From Macrostomum hystrix (Eukaryota > Animalia > Platyhelminthes), in the NCBI GenBank assembly GCA_950097015.1, contig CATNEN010000011.1, forward strand, positions 372,001-436,000: a DNA stretch of 64,000 nt, in the 5' to 3' direction. The notes below the pieces were generated by a model. That model ran no database searches, had not been told where the DNA came from, and saw only the letters and a program-made list of their open reading frames with translations. Every line of letters begins with the position of its first letter. Position 1 is the first letter of the stretch. The position numbers and the translations under genes were made by a program. Below, in pieces: positions 1 through 12,000 of this stretch.

Positions 1-640
1 GTCCAGTTAATGATGAGAGCAGTTTGGGATGGGATCAGTGTCCAGTTAATGATGAGAGCAGTTCGGGATGGGATCAGTGTCCAGTTAATGATGAGAGCAG
101 TTTGGGATGGGATCAGTGTCCAGTTAATGATGAGAGCAGTTTGGTATGGATCAGTGTCCAGTTTATGATGGGATTCGTTTAGGATGGATCAGTGTCCAGT
201 TTAGGATGGGATCAGTTTAGGATGGGATCAGTGTCCAGTTTAGGATGGGGTCAGTGTCCAGTTTATGATGAGATCAGTTTAGGATGGGATCAGTTTAGGA
301 TGGGATCCGTGTACAGTTTATGATGGGATCAGTTTAGGATGGGATCAGTTTAGGATGGGATCAGTTTAGGATGGGATCAGTTTAGGATGGGATCAGTGTC
401 CAGTTTAGGATGGGGTCAGTGTCCAGTTTATGATGAGATCAGTTTAGGATGGGATCAGTTTAGGATGGGATCCGTGTACAGTTTATGATGGGATCAGTTT
501 AGGATGGGATCAGTGTCCAGTTTAGGATGGAATCAGTGTCCAGCTTATGATGGGATCAATCTAGGATCGGATCAGTGTCGAGTTTATGATGAGATCAGTT
601 TAGGATAAGATCAGTATCCAGTTAAGCATGGGATCAGAGT
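1..640. repeat. Minisatellite array, 39-bp unit built from 16-bp and 23-bp subunits (agtttaggatgggatc / agtgtccagtttaggatgggatc), truncated by the window start
   Basis: Direct tandem periodicity; degenerates toward about 640. Confidence 0.9.
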
Positions 641-757
641 GGGATCAATCTCAGATTCAAATTCAAGACCTGGATGGAATGGGACAGTCGCAGGAAATTG
701 ATCGGAAGTATGTACCAGCTGTGATCGCATATCAGAAGTAGCGCTAAAGCACACAAT

Positions 758-3700
758 TCAAGCAAACTTCTCCATAGCTGACTGCAGTTTCACTGGCATG
801 AGGACCAGCATTTCCTTCAGCAAGCCCAGCTCAGGCGACATGACCGCGGCCGCGTCGGGAACCCGATCGCAGTAGTCGCTCACCTGGCGATAATTGGACT
901 CCGCTCGGCGCAGGTTGGCAAGCCGGCGATCCTTCGAAGCTTCGGGTAGGCGAGCGGCTACTCGGCCAGCGTGGAACAGGGCCAGCAGCACCGGCCTGGT
1001 GTCCACCGCCTCAAGTCGGTCAGGCAGGCAGGACTGCGGTGCTGGCAGGCGGAAACTGTCGACGAACGCGTCGAACTGGTTGATCGCGTCGCGGCCAATG
1101 GCGTTGGCTTTGGCCACGGCTGCCGGCGATGGAGTCTGGCCCGCGGCGGCGCAGGACTCGAGCGCTGACAGCTTGATGTCCAGCAAGTCCACCTGGTGCG
1201 AGAGGGAGAGAAGAACGGAGGCCGGGATTTGCAGATTCATGCAGCTTGGATGGGGGAGGACTGTAGATTGTAGAGGACTGTAGACTGTAGAGGACTGTAC
1301 ACTTGGCGGGGAACTACAGGAGGCTGACATTGTAGAAGTGGAGACTGAAAGATACGTCGAATGAAAGGATGGTGGGAGGGAGCGGGACTGATGGATGGCA
1401 GGGAGCGGGACTGATGGATGGCAGGGAGCGGGACTGATGGATGGCAGGGAGCGGGACTGAATGATGAGGGAGCGGGACTGAATGATGGGAGGGAGCGGGA
1501 CTGAATGATGGGAGGGAGCGGGACTGATGGATGACAGGGAGCGGGACTGAATGATGGGAGGGAGCGGGACTGATGGATGGGAGGGAGTGGGACTGATTGA
1601 TGGCAGGGAGTGTGACTGATGGATGACAGGGAGCGGGACTGAATGATGGGAGGGAGCGGGACTGATGGATGACAGGGAGCGGGACTGATGGATGGGAGGG
1701 AGCGGGACTGATGGATGGGAGGGAGTGGGACTGATTGATGGCAGGGAGTGTGACTGATGGATGAGAGGGAGTGGGACTGATGTATGGCAGGGAGCGGGAC
1801 TGATGGATGGATGGAGCGGGACTGATGGATGGATGGAGCGGGACTGAATGATGGGAGGGAGCGGGACTGAATGATGGGAGGGAGCGTTACTGAATGATAG
1901 GAGGGAGCGGGACTGATGAATGGCAGGGAGCGGGACTGAATGATGGAAGGGAGCGGGACTGATGGATGTAAAGGATGAACGAGACGTAAGGTTTAATGAA
2001 GAATGGATAAAACAAAATATTGAATTTTACCAGCGTTTCTCCCAGCTCGAATCTAAGCTGCCGACATAGCAGCAGGTAGAACTGCTGACTAAGCTGGCCA
2101 ATTAGGTCTCTAAGCATGTCGGCCCGTCGCTTGTGCATTCGGGCCCTGCGATCCGGGTCCAACTCGAACTGAATCAGGTGCAAGAAGGCGCGAGAATGGT
2201 CGCGAACTAGCTCGGCGTAGTCGGTGCAGTGCTCGTCAAGGCGGAAGAACTCTTTGGCCGAGGTGAGGTGGCGTTGAGCAAATAAGAATATCAAGCGAGC
2301 CTGGAGAGTTTTATAGAAAAGGAATAATAAGAAAAAATTAAATTTTGCGAATTTGGTGACTAGTAATAGCTAGTTTTCCCTTTCATTTTAGTTCTCAATT
2401 CACTAAATTTTACCAATCAGCAAATAGCCACCGATACCTTATAACCAACAAGCTTAGATCAACGTTCTGCATCTACAGTATACAGATCACATATATTTTT
2501 TGCCAATCACTTATCTATCTTTTTTTCCAGCCAATCATGTCGTTCGGCTCTCACCTGTTCAAAATTGACTGCCGGCAGGTAGGCAACCCTATCAGCGTGC
2601 TGTCCAGCCTCAACACTGGGAAATAAATCCTCGTACTCCAGCGAGCTGTGATTCAGTCCTGTTGATTCCTCTAACAGCTGCTGCTGAGCAACATCACGAG
2701 AGTACTCCAATAGGGCCAGGGCGTACTTCACCCAGCAGCGAGAGATGCTGGCCCGGTTGAACTGCAACTCGCTGTCCGGATTGTGCGATTCCTGCAATTT
2801 GAGAACAAATTATTTATCGATACATATTTGTCTTAAACTTCGAGTAAAGAAGATCCTAAAATATACCCTATCCACTATGATCGATTTTAAGGGGTGAGTG
2901 GCAGAGCGGTCTAACACGTTTGCCTCGCACCAAGATCCATAAGCTCGATTCCGCGGTCAGGCCACATTCATTTGGGACGCTGCCGCGGAGAGAAGGCGTG
3001 GGGGCTTGTCGTGCAATTTACACCCTTTTGGGCCTCCAAGGCATAGTGAAAGTGTACACTGCCCGACGATAATAAAGTCAGGAATCAGTGGAATGCAGTC
3101 AGTGCTCAGGAGTCAGCGGAATAACTACCGACCCCAGTGGAAATACCTCAGACAGGTATAAGCTAAGTAAAGCCAGTTATGCTCGGCTTACAAACGTCTC
3201 TGGATTTGCGGCTTCGGCTTCGGCGAAAACAGCCGCCGCCGTGCACAGGCACCGATGCGCCCTGGCGAAATCGCGCACTCCCAGGTAGTACTGGCTGAGC
3301 GCGGCGCAGTTCAGCGCCCACTCGCTGGCTGAATAGTCCGCCAGAGCAAGCTGCCTGTTCAGCGTCATCTGGCAGTAGCGGGCCGAGTCTGCCGGCCGGT
3401 CCGCTTTGCCAAAAGCCTGGGCCAGGTAGAACAGAGTCTTTGTGTGCAGAGTTTCGACCGAGCACGGATCTGTGGAGTCAGCTGGCACTGCCGCTGGGAA
3501 CAGATCAGCCAGAGCCCAGGCCTGGATTATAAATGTGTAGGCAGTTAATCATATTGATTACACCTGCCCCAATCTGGCCACATGTGCAGCCAACAGCACA
3601 GTCGCAGCTATTGCGCGGCGCATCTGAAGGCTGTACAGTCCATGGACTGGGGACATCACACCCAACCTCAAATACCCCAGCTACTGCTTGTACCCGTCTA

Positions 3701-5289
3701 TCGCCGTAAGTGTCTTGCTAAAGAACACAGATTGATCCAGTGGAGTTAGGAATCTAACCCACGACCTTCAAGTGGTGAGTCCGATGCTCTAACCACAAGG
3801 CTACAACCCCTCTTGCCAGAAGTTCTGCTGTATCGCAAACCGAATGCAGTCTTACCTTAGGAACTTTTGGTGCATACAATTTCCAAATTTAGGCTTGTAG
3901 ACTAGTGGCTAAAGCTAAAGGAAGCTTTGGATTCCTTACCGAGAGATCCCGAGTTCGAGTCTGAAGGGTAACTATTTGTGTCATTAAGCAAGGAATTTAA
4001 CTAACTCCCCTATTGCTTCAGTATCATAACCTGTGAAATGAGATCCAGCATCAGCAGTATAGGCAGCCTTACAATACTCACGCAATAGCTGCGGCTGTCC
4101 CATACGATGCATGTGGCCCTACTTGACTGTAACATTAAGCTTAGGACGTGAAAAGTTCTCAACCGGGGCATTCTTCCCGGTATTATAAATTCAGCCACAG
4201 CTCAAACGTATCAAATAAAGGTACCGAAGACAGAAAGATAAATAACATTATCTCACATGGGCCCCCTCATCTGCGGCCAGTATTCGCTTGCAGCGCAGGA
4301 AGAGAGCCTCGGCCCTGTGCAGCTGTTCGATGGCCTCGCCGTGTCGACCCAAATGACAGCTGGCGCAGCCAAGCCAGTTGAACAGCTGCACTTTTACAGA
4401 GGCCTCGCGCAATAGCCGGCCAGCATCCTCATTATTGTCTTCCTCCACTTCGTCAGCCAGCTGGCTGCTATTGCTGCCCTTTTCTTCTGTCTGTTCTTCA
4501 AGTAGACGCGTCAGCAGGCGGTGTCCCTCCGAGGCCTCCTCCGTCTCCAGGTAGTTGGCGGCCAAGCGAATTCGCAGCCATTTAAAACGAAGGCGTCGCT
4601 GATCACTGCTAGCTGGACAACATGGGACCAAAAGTACAATTATATAAGTTGCTTTCTTAAGAACTCTAATCTAATCTAGATCACATGCACACGCTAGAGC
4701 ACGTAATACAGGCTAGGTTACATATAACACACGCTAGGTCACATATGACACGCTAGATCACATATAACACACGCTAGATTACGCATGACATACGCTAGAT
4801 CACATATAACACACTCTAGATTACATATGACACACGCTAGATCACATATAACACACTCTAGATTACATATGACACACGCTAGATCACATATAACACACGC
4901 TAGATTACGCATGACACACGCTAGATCACATATAACACGCTAGATTACATATGACACACGCTAGATCACATATAAAACTGGCAAAGTCACATATGACACA
5001 CGACAAAACGAAGTTCATTTTAATTGGATAGAACTAAGAGACATCCAAGTTGTCATACAGTTGCTAGCATCCGCCAGATACTCCGACTCGATGGCTTTGA
5101 TAGCTTCCGTCAGCAGACGTCGAGCTTCGTAGCGCGATTTGTACGGCTCTTCTTCGGGGTCGTCAGCCGAGGCCTCCTCCAGGCGTAACGCTTGCGACAC
5201 TAAATCGCCGAGTTCGGCTTCTGTCGTAGGCGGCTAGAAATTGACCATGAATGAGTCGCTTTTACTGAGCCGCTTTGAAAGCGCAGCAT
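758..5289 (-). CDS. KIFBP: KIF-binding protein (KIF1BP/KIAA1279 homolog), about 608 aa
   Basis: Exons (minus): 5289-5266 (tentative), 5233-5059, 4612-4257, 3521-3192, 2791-2555, 2300-2031, 1192-758. All GT-AG, phases consistent, total 1827 nt. Recognised KBP motifs: EPYKSRYEAR, TLFYLAQ, EWALNCAALSQYY, AKEFFRLDEHCTD, RMHKRRADML, YLLLCRQLRFE, ELGLLKEMLVLMP. The 5'-most exon is less certain. Confidence 0.92.
1378..1968. repeat. 23-bp G-rich minisatellite (gggagcgggactgatggatggca and variants) in the last KIFBP intron
   Basis: About 25 tandem units, strongly strand-biased. Confidence 0.92.
2891..3125 (+). mobile_element. tRNA-derived SINE, family A, copy 1 (3' truncated)
   Basis: A box-like GTGGCAGAGCGG and B box-like GCTCGATTCC. 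The body (gccgcggagagaagg...gtgaaagtgtacact) is shared with four other copies in the window. Confidence 0.75.
3630..3805 (-). mobile_element. tRNA-derived SINE, family B (single copy seen)
   Basis: The minus strand reads GTAGCCTTGTGGTTAGAGCATCGGACTCACCACTTGAAGGTCGTGGGTTAGATTCC (tRNA-like head with a degenerate B box), followed by a non-tRNA body containing agcaagacactt. Confidence 0.5.
4680..5000. repeat. About 21-bp minisatellite (cacacgctagatcacatataa) in a KIFBP intron
   Basis: Tandem periodicity. Confidence 0.88.
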
Positions 5290-5367
5290 AACGAACGCTA
5301 ATACTGAACACGTAGCTTGCAAAATCAAACCAGGAATCTAGACCTGGGTGTCTGAGAGTACTGTGAG

Positions 5368-5478
5368 AATGGGGATCTAGAACTGGATGGAGAGCATGGG
5401 GATCTAGAACTGGATGGAGAGCATGGGGATCTAGAACTGGATGGAGAGCATGGGGATCTAGAACTGGATGGAGAGCCA
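5368..5478. repeat. 27-bp tandem repeat (atggggatctagaactggatggagagc), about 4 units
   Basis: Tandem periodicity; it explains the SSSRSPCSP repeat in ORF 5325..5603. Confidence 0.85.
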
Positions 5479-6001
5479 GGGTAACTCAATAAAAAACAGC
5501 CAATTAAAATAAGTTGAAATTCGACACAACGGATTGCAATTGATGGATTGCAAAATAGTAAGTAAGTATGCAAGCATTTTATCATTTCATAAACCAGGCA
5601 CACTCAGAAAGCGCAATAAATCAGTATATTTTGAGTTGATTCTATTTTTAGCAAGCAATAACAGCATTAGCAGGTCTTGAAGATCATTGTGCAGTGCGGT
5701 CAGACAGTGCGGAGTGATAATAATCAGTACATGATAAGATAAAAAAACCTGAAATAAGTGCAACTTTCATAACGATGCAACAAAAACACGACGCAAGCGA
5801 ATGAGAAATTTGAAAGGATAGAAGGCTTTATTAATGCACTTTTAAACAAAAATTTTATCATTTTACCCTTGAGACAAGGTAGCAATATGAATGAAGTAAA
5901 ACAAAAAAGCTGCAAATATAGACAGACAGTTCTGCTACTTAAAGGAGCCTTACACAATATTTTTACCAGCGCGTACATGTATTTGGCCCAACAGCGAGGT
6001 G

Positions 6002-9000
6002 TCACATAGCAATGGCCTGCAGCAGGGCAAATACGTCGGCGAACTCCGGGTCGAACAGCAGCGACATGCGCAGCTTGGCATCGCCGGATAGCGGCAGGCG
6101 AAGCTGCAGCCAGTCGGCCGCCGTGCGCAGCGGCTGCGGGGGGATCAGGACGCGGCGCGCCGCTGTACGCGCCAAATGGCGCAGAGAGAATGGCGAAGAC
6201 CACACGGCGTCAAGGCGCTCCGCTACCGAGTCCTGCGGTGGGTGAAAGCGATTCTTTTCACTTATAAAATTAAATGAGTATTAATAAAAATGCATAACTA
6301 ATTAATCGGCATAATTTGGGCCTAATTTATCCCAAAATTACAATTCCTACACTGTACGCTTTTTGTTGTCCTAATTAGTAAAACTAATTTTGAATAATTG
6401 AATCCTTTTACTTCCAATTACTGCCACTAGCAGTAGTTTTGTTAGGATGCGTGCACCATTCTAAAATACTGTCAGATTGCTCATAAAAAATAATTGCTCA
6501 CATCGAAAAAATTACTGCCACTTAAGTAGCGTATATAGGACAAGTATCACCAAAACATAATTATTATATGTTGAACAAGTATTTCCCCTGCCACTATTAG
6601 AAGAGTAGGTAGGGCATGTAAATACCCAACAAATTAACTATATTATCCATCGGATCATTATTTCCCTTTTCCTAAATATAAATACACCCAGGCAGACAAT
6701 CAGCCTTTACACATTTTACTGGGATTCATCAAATCCATATAGACCAAATCGTTATTTCGTTATTTCACATTTATCCAGAAATTACCGATCGTGCAAATGT
6801 TAAGCAACCACGGACCATATGTATAATGAAAGAAACTAACGGCTTCAATTATTTTTAAACTGACAAAGAAAGTCTGTTAATTGCATAATATCTTAGTAGA
6901 GATTATTAGATCTAGTAAAAACATAGCTTCTAATAAAATACAGACGAAATGTCTTCACTGATTACTTTATCATTTTTATGTTCAGTTTTGTACAATTATG
7001 TACCATTATTTATCCTTCCAAACTTGCATTTTTAATAGGAAAGTCGAATTCCATAAGCAGCTAAACTCACCTTAGCCCGCCTGGCCTCAACAACAGCTGC
7101 CGGCCACTGCTGCAGCTGCTGGCAGCGCCACAGATAGGCCGGCGAGCCACCAGCCAACAGCAGCAGCAGGGCAGATTCAAGGTCCTCAGTTAGCAAGCAG
7201 AAGGCCAGGGGATCCAGGCGACAGCCGGGCAGCGGCAGGTGCAGCGGACAGCACACGGCTAGCAGGCTGGGCAGTAGCTGTGGTCGCTCCTGCAGTGCTG
7301 CCTCCAGAACCGCAGGATGTCGCAGGGCGGCCACGGCCAGTCTGGGCGGACAGTCCTGCAGGAGGGCCTCGGCTGGACGGCCCGGCTGTCGCAACAGGTA
7401 GGCGCGGACCAGATCCGCATAACAACCGGCTGATGATAGCAGTTCATTCCAATGGTTAGAGTGCAATCATAGAAATAATCAACATATACAAGCTAGCATA
7501 TAGTGAAATAAAAATAATAACTGCAGGAGGGCTGCGGGCAATGGCACATCATTTGTTGACCCGCAGCCAGCGAGGAATACTGTCCATTTCGCTCACTCCT
7601 GAGCACACACACACATAGATACTGTACGCAGGCACACACTCACACAGGTGCGTACATCTGCCCTGACTTTATCATCGTCAGATAGTGTACACTTCACTGT
7701 GCCTTGAAGGTTGGCCCCCAAGGGCGTAAATTGCACGACAAGCCCCCAAGCCTTCTCTCCGCAGCTGCGCCCAAAATTAATGTGGGCTCGCCGCGAAATC
7801 GAGCTCAGGGACCTTGGTGCGTGAGGCAAACGCGTAAACCGCACTGCCACCGACCCCCTCATATCGTGAACAATCCCTAAATATATTAATGAAAGTGCGA
7901 AAGAAAGCCATAAATTGCTCACAGGTCAGCTGGGGATCCTCCGCGGGCAAAAAAGGCGAGCCGTGCATGAGAAGTTTATAACAGGCCACAAGCATTGGCA
8001 GCGGCCATCGATCTGAAGCGGCCAGCTCAGCGGCCACCTCAGGCCTGGTCAGGGCAGCCGCAAGATCCGGTCTGGATTCGGAGGCAAGCCGAGCCAGATG
8101 ATCAACGGCTCCCTCAACTTGGCCAGCCAGCAGCAGCAGAGCGGGCGGGCGGCAGCGCTGATTTGGAGCGGCGGCTGCGGCGGCGGACTCATAGAGCGGC
8201 TCAGACGGGAGGACCTCGGCAGGGCGAAGCTCCAAGAGTGCGCAGGCGCATGCCAGGGCCTCGACACTGGGCGCGGCTTGGCACGCCACGGAGAGGCTGG
8301 ACTGGCAGCGGTACAGCCCACCTGAGGTTAGAACGAAGGGTGCGGGCTACATGCACCAAGTTCTACTCTGACCACAGTGGTTATTATTTGGATCCATGAT
8401 TTCAACAGAGTTAATTCTTTCGGCTAGACATCTCTTGTCTGCGCCTTGCTTACCATTCAGTCCAGTCGGAGCCGCAGCCTCCGAGGTCGTCACCGGAGCT
8501 CCCAGCTCCAGAAGTCGACGACAAGCGGCCGGTCGGCCCATTCGACAGGCCGCCTCCAGGGCCGGACGACAAGTGGCAACCGGGGCACCGCTTCGCACCA
8601 GGGCGTCGATGAGCTCGGCGGAGTCGGCCAGAGCCGCAAGAACCAGACAGGCTTCGGTTGGCCGGGCGCCTCGCTCCAGCAGTATCCGGGCCAGTTCCAG
8701 GCTGCGATTCCGGCATGCGTGAGCTAGAGGGCTGGAACTGGCCGGATCAGCTGCCACCGCCGCCGCCAACGTCGTTTGAACCGATGCTGGCGACGACTTC
8801 GGACCCAACGCGACGGCGGCAATGGGTCCCGCTCCAGGCGCTCCAGTTGATGAGCTCGTTGATGACGCCTGGGCGTTAACATCGACTTGGCTGTGCTCGA
8901 GAAGCTGAGCTACGATGGCTCGATGGTTGTGCTGGCATGCGACCTAATTTTATGGGTTCGAGAGCACAGGCCCATGTACTCTGTAATAACTTAAGACTGA

Positions 9001-12000
9001 AGGCTGGCCAAGAATTGATTCACAAGATCGTAGCGAGCCAGTTGGAAGTTGCGGCTCCTTATATTATCGCTCTGTTCTATTTGACCCTAGGGCTTAGGGC
9101 ACGGCTGGGCCCCGCGGGCCAGCCACCTCAACCAGCACGCAAGCCACGCGTGACACTGATAAACAACTCAGCTTGCACTAAGAACCGACAGACATAAACA
9201 ATCGATGGTAGCAAAGCCATAATACAAAGTGGTGCAGAGTGAACGCATTGAATAACATTCAAGAGTCTATTGAATAACATCACATCTCCCCTCTGAGTCA
9301 GTTTTCTCCCATCACAGCTGCAGTCTCTCAGGTGGGCCACGAGCTCTCAGAGGGTACCGCCGGGGATTCGTGGCATCCCGACGCGCGTTGCTCTCCGGTC
9401 CGTCGGCGGGTTCAGGTGCCGCCTCACCGCTGGTGGCGCCGCTGGCGACAGTATCAGGAGTGGCGCGCGCACCGCCAGTTCCCAGGGTCGCGTCACCGCC
9501 GCCATCAGTTAGCGGCTGGCCGGCATCAGCGATGTCGAGGTCGAAGCCGTCAGCGCGGGCCGCAACCAGCTGATCCGCATGCCGCATGTGCTGACCGCGC
9601 TGCGAGTCGACGATGCAGTTGCGGCTGCCAGCGCCCTTGATGACGCCCTCCGCCCAGCGCGGCGTGTCGCCGGCTCTCGCACCGGCGCTGAAGTCGCGGA
9701 AGAGCACACGATCACCGGTTTGGAACTCACGCGCCGCCTTCCTGCTCGGTAGCAGCTGCTCCTGTCGCTGTCGCACGTCGTCGGCCAGTGACGGTGCCAG
9801 TAGATCCAGGCGGCATCGGAGCCGCCGGCCGATGAGTAGTTGGCTGGGAGCGACGCCACTGACGCTGTGCGGCGTGTTGCGGTAGCCGAGCAGCAGTCGC
9901 TGGAGCTCGGCATCAGAATGACCGCTCTTGAGCAGATGCCGCTTTAGAACTTGGACGAAGCGCTCGGCTTGGCCATTCGTGGCAGGATGGAAAGGTGCCG
10001 AGAACACATGACGAATGCCATTGGCTCGGGTGAATTCGGCGAACTCGGCGGAGGCGAACTGCGGCCCGTTGTCGGACACCAGCGTGCGCGGGATGCCTTG
10101 GCGGGCGAAGATCTCCGGCAGACTCACGATTGTGGCTGCCGCTGTGGTGCAGCGCATCCGCACGACCTCCGGCCACTTGCTGTGGGCGTCCACCACCACC
10201 AGGTACACATGACCGTCGACAGGCCCGGCGAAGTCGACATGCAGGCGCTCCCACGGCTCCGACGGGAACGGCCACGGCTGCACGGGCGCCTTTGGCGGGT
10301 CGGGCTGGTTGAGCTGACAGGTCCTGCAGGTCTTAGTAGCAGCCTCCAAATCGCCGTCGATTCCTGGCCACCAGACGTAGCTGCGAGCTAGGGCGCGCAT
10401 TCTGCTGGTGCCTGGATGCGCCTGGTGGAGCTCTTGGATCACGTGATCGCGCAGCGCCGCTGGTACTACGACTCTGGCGCCCCACAACACGCAGCCTTGG
10501 TCAACCGACAGCTCCGTCTGCCGCCGGGCGTAGTCGCTCAGCTCGGCGCCGATGGGCGCCCCAGTCTGCAGGCAGCGTAGCACGCGGCCCAGCGATGCGT
10601 CTGTCCGCGTGTGTCGCGCCACCGTCTGCGCCGTGACGGCCGATCCGGCCCCCTCGTCGAGTAGCAGCGAGTTGACGGCCGCCTCCTCCTCGAACAGCTG
10701 CGGCAGCGGCAGTCGCGAGAGCGAGTCGCAGTTAGCGTGCTTCTCCGTCGGCCGGAACTCGAGCGCATAGTCGTAGCTCGCCAGGCGGATGGCCCAGCGC
10801 TGCATGCGGGCGGCCGCATGCGCCGGGATGCCCTTGCGCTCGCCTAGCAGCCCCAGCAGCGGCAGATGGTCAGTGACGATGGTGAAGCGGCGGCCATAGA
10901 GGAACTGGTGGAAGCGGTCCAGGCCGAACATGATGGCCAGCGCCTCCTTGTCCAGTTGCGAGTAGCCGCGCTGTGCCGTGGTCAGGCTCCGGCTAGCGAA
11001 GGCGACCGCGCAGTCCTTGTCGCCGATGCGGTGCGTCAGCACTACGCCAAGGCCGTAGGGAGAGGCGTCGCACTCCAATCGCAGCGGCAGGTCCGGGCTG
11101 TAGTGCACGAGCACCGGGGACCGAAGCAGCAGCCGCTTTGCCTCGGCGAACGCTTGCTGCTGCGGCCGTTCCCAGGACCAGCGCGTGTTCTTGACCAGGA
11201 GCTGATGCAGCGGCGCCAGCACGGTGGATAGATTCGGCAGGAATTTGCCGTACTGCGCCAGCATTCCAAGAAACGAGCGCAGCTGGCTGACGTCCGTCGG
11301 GGCAGGTGCGTCCTGGACTGCGGCGACTCGGTCAGGCAGCGGGCTGAGGCCGTTTGCGTCGATGCGATGCCCAAGATACTCGACCGAGTCCTTGAAGAAC
11401 TGGCACTTGCTCTTGTTCAGGCGAAGGCCGGCGCCCTGCAGGCGTTGCAGAGCCAGCGCGAGATTCTTCTTGTGCTGCTGCAGAGTGCGGCCTGTGACCA
11501 GTATGTCGTCGACGAACACTTGGACGGCGTCCAGGTCTCCCAGCAGGGTGTCCAGCGTCCGCTGGAAGATTGCGCTGGCGCTCGAGATACCGAAAGGCAG
11601 GCGGTTGACTTGGAAAAGACCTCGCGGCGTGTTGATGGTGAGGAACGCCTTGCTGTCTTCGGCCAGCGGAAGCTGCAAGAAGGCGTTGGACAGGTCCAGC
11701 TTGGACCATTTGCAGCCGCCGCCGAGCTTCGCAAAGAGATCCTCGATCCGCGGCAGTGGATAGTGCTCCGGCCGGCTCGCCTGGTTGTAGGTCAGCTTGT
11801 AGTCGCCGCAGATCCGGACGCTGCCATCCTTCTTAACAACCGGTACGATCGGCGCTGCCCAGTAGCTGTGCTTGACGGCCGTGATGATCCCGCTGGCCTC
11901 CATGCGCTGAAGCTCGGCGTCAACACGCTCCCGAAGAGCGTAGGGGACCGGGCGGGCCTTGAAGAACTTCGGCTGCGCGTCATCGGAGACTTGCAACCGC

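Noticed and set aside
2891-2965. tRNA-like sequences at SINE heads (also 3750-3805 and 23736-23800)
   Set aside because: They have degenerate B boxes, no complete cloverleaf that I could fold, and continue into a shared non-tRNA body, so they are not called as tRNA genes.
11500-11530. FVDD instead of YxDD in the RT active site
   Set aside because: Phe at this position occurs in gypsy-type RTs and both catalytic Asp residues are intact, so it is not evidence of novelty or inactivity.
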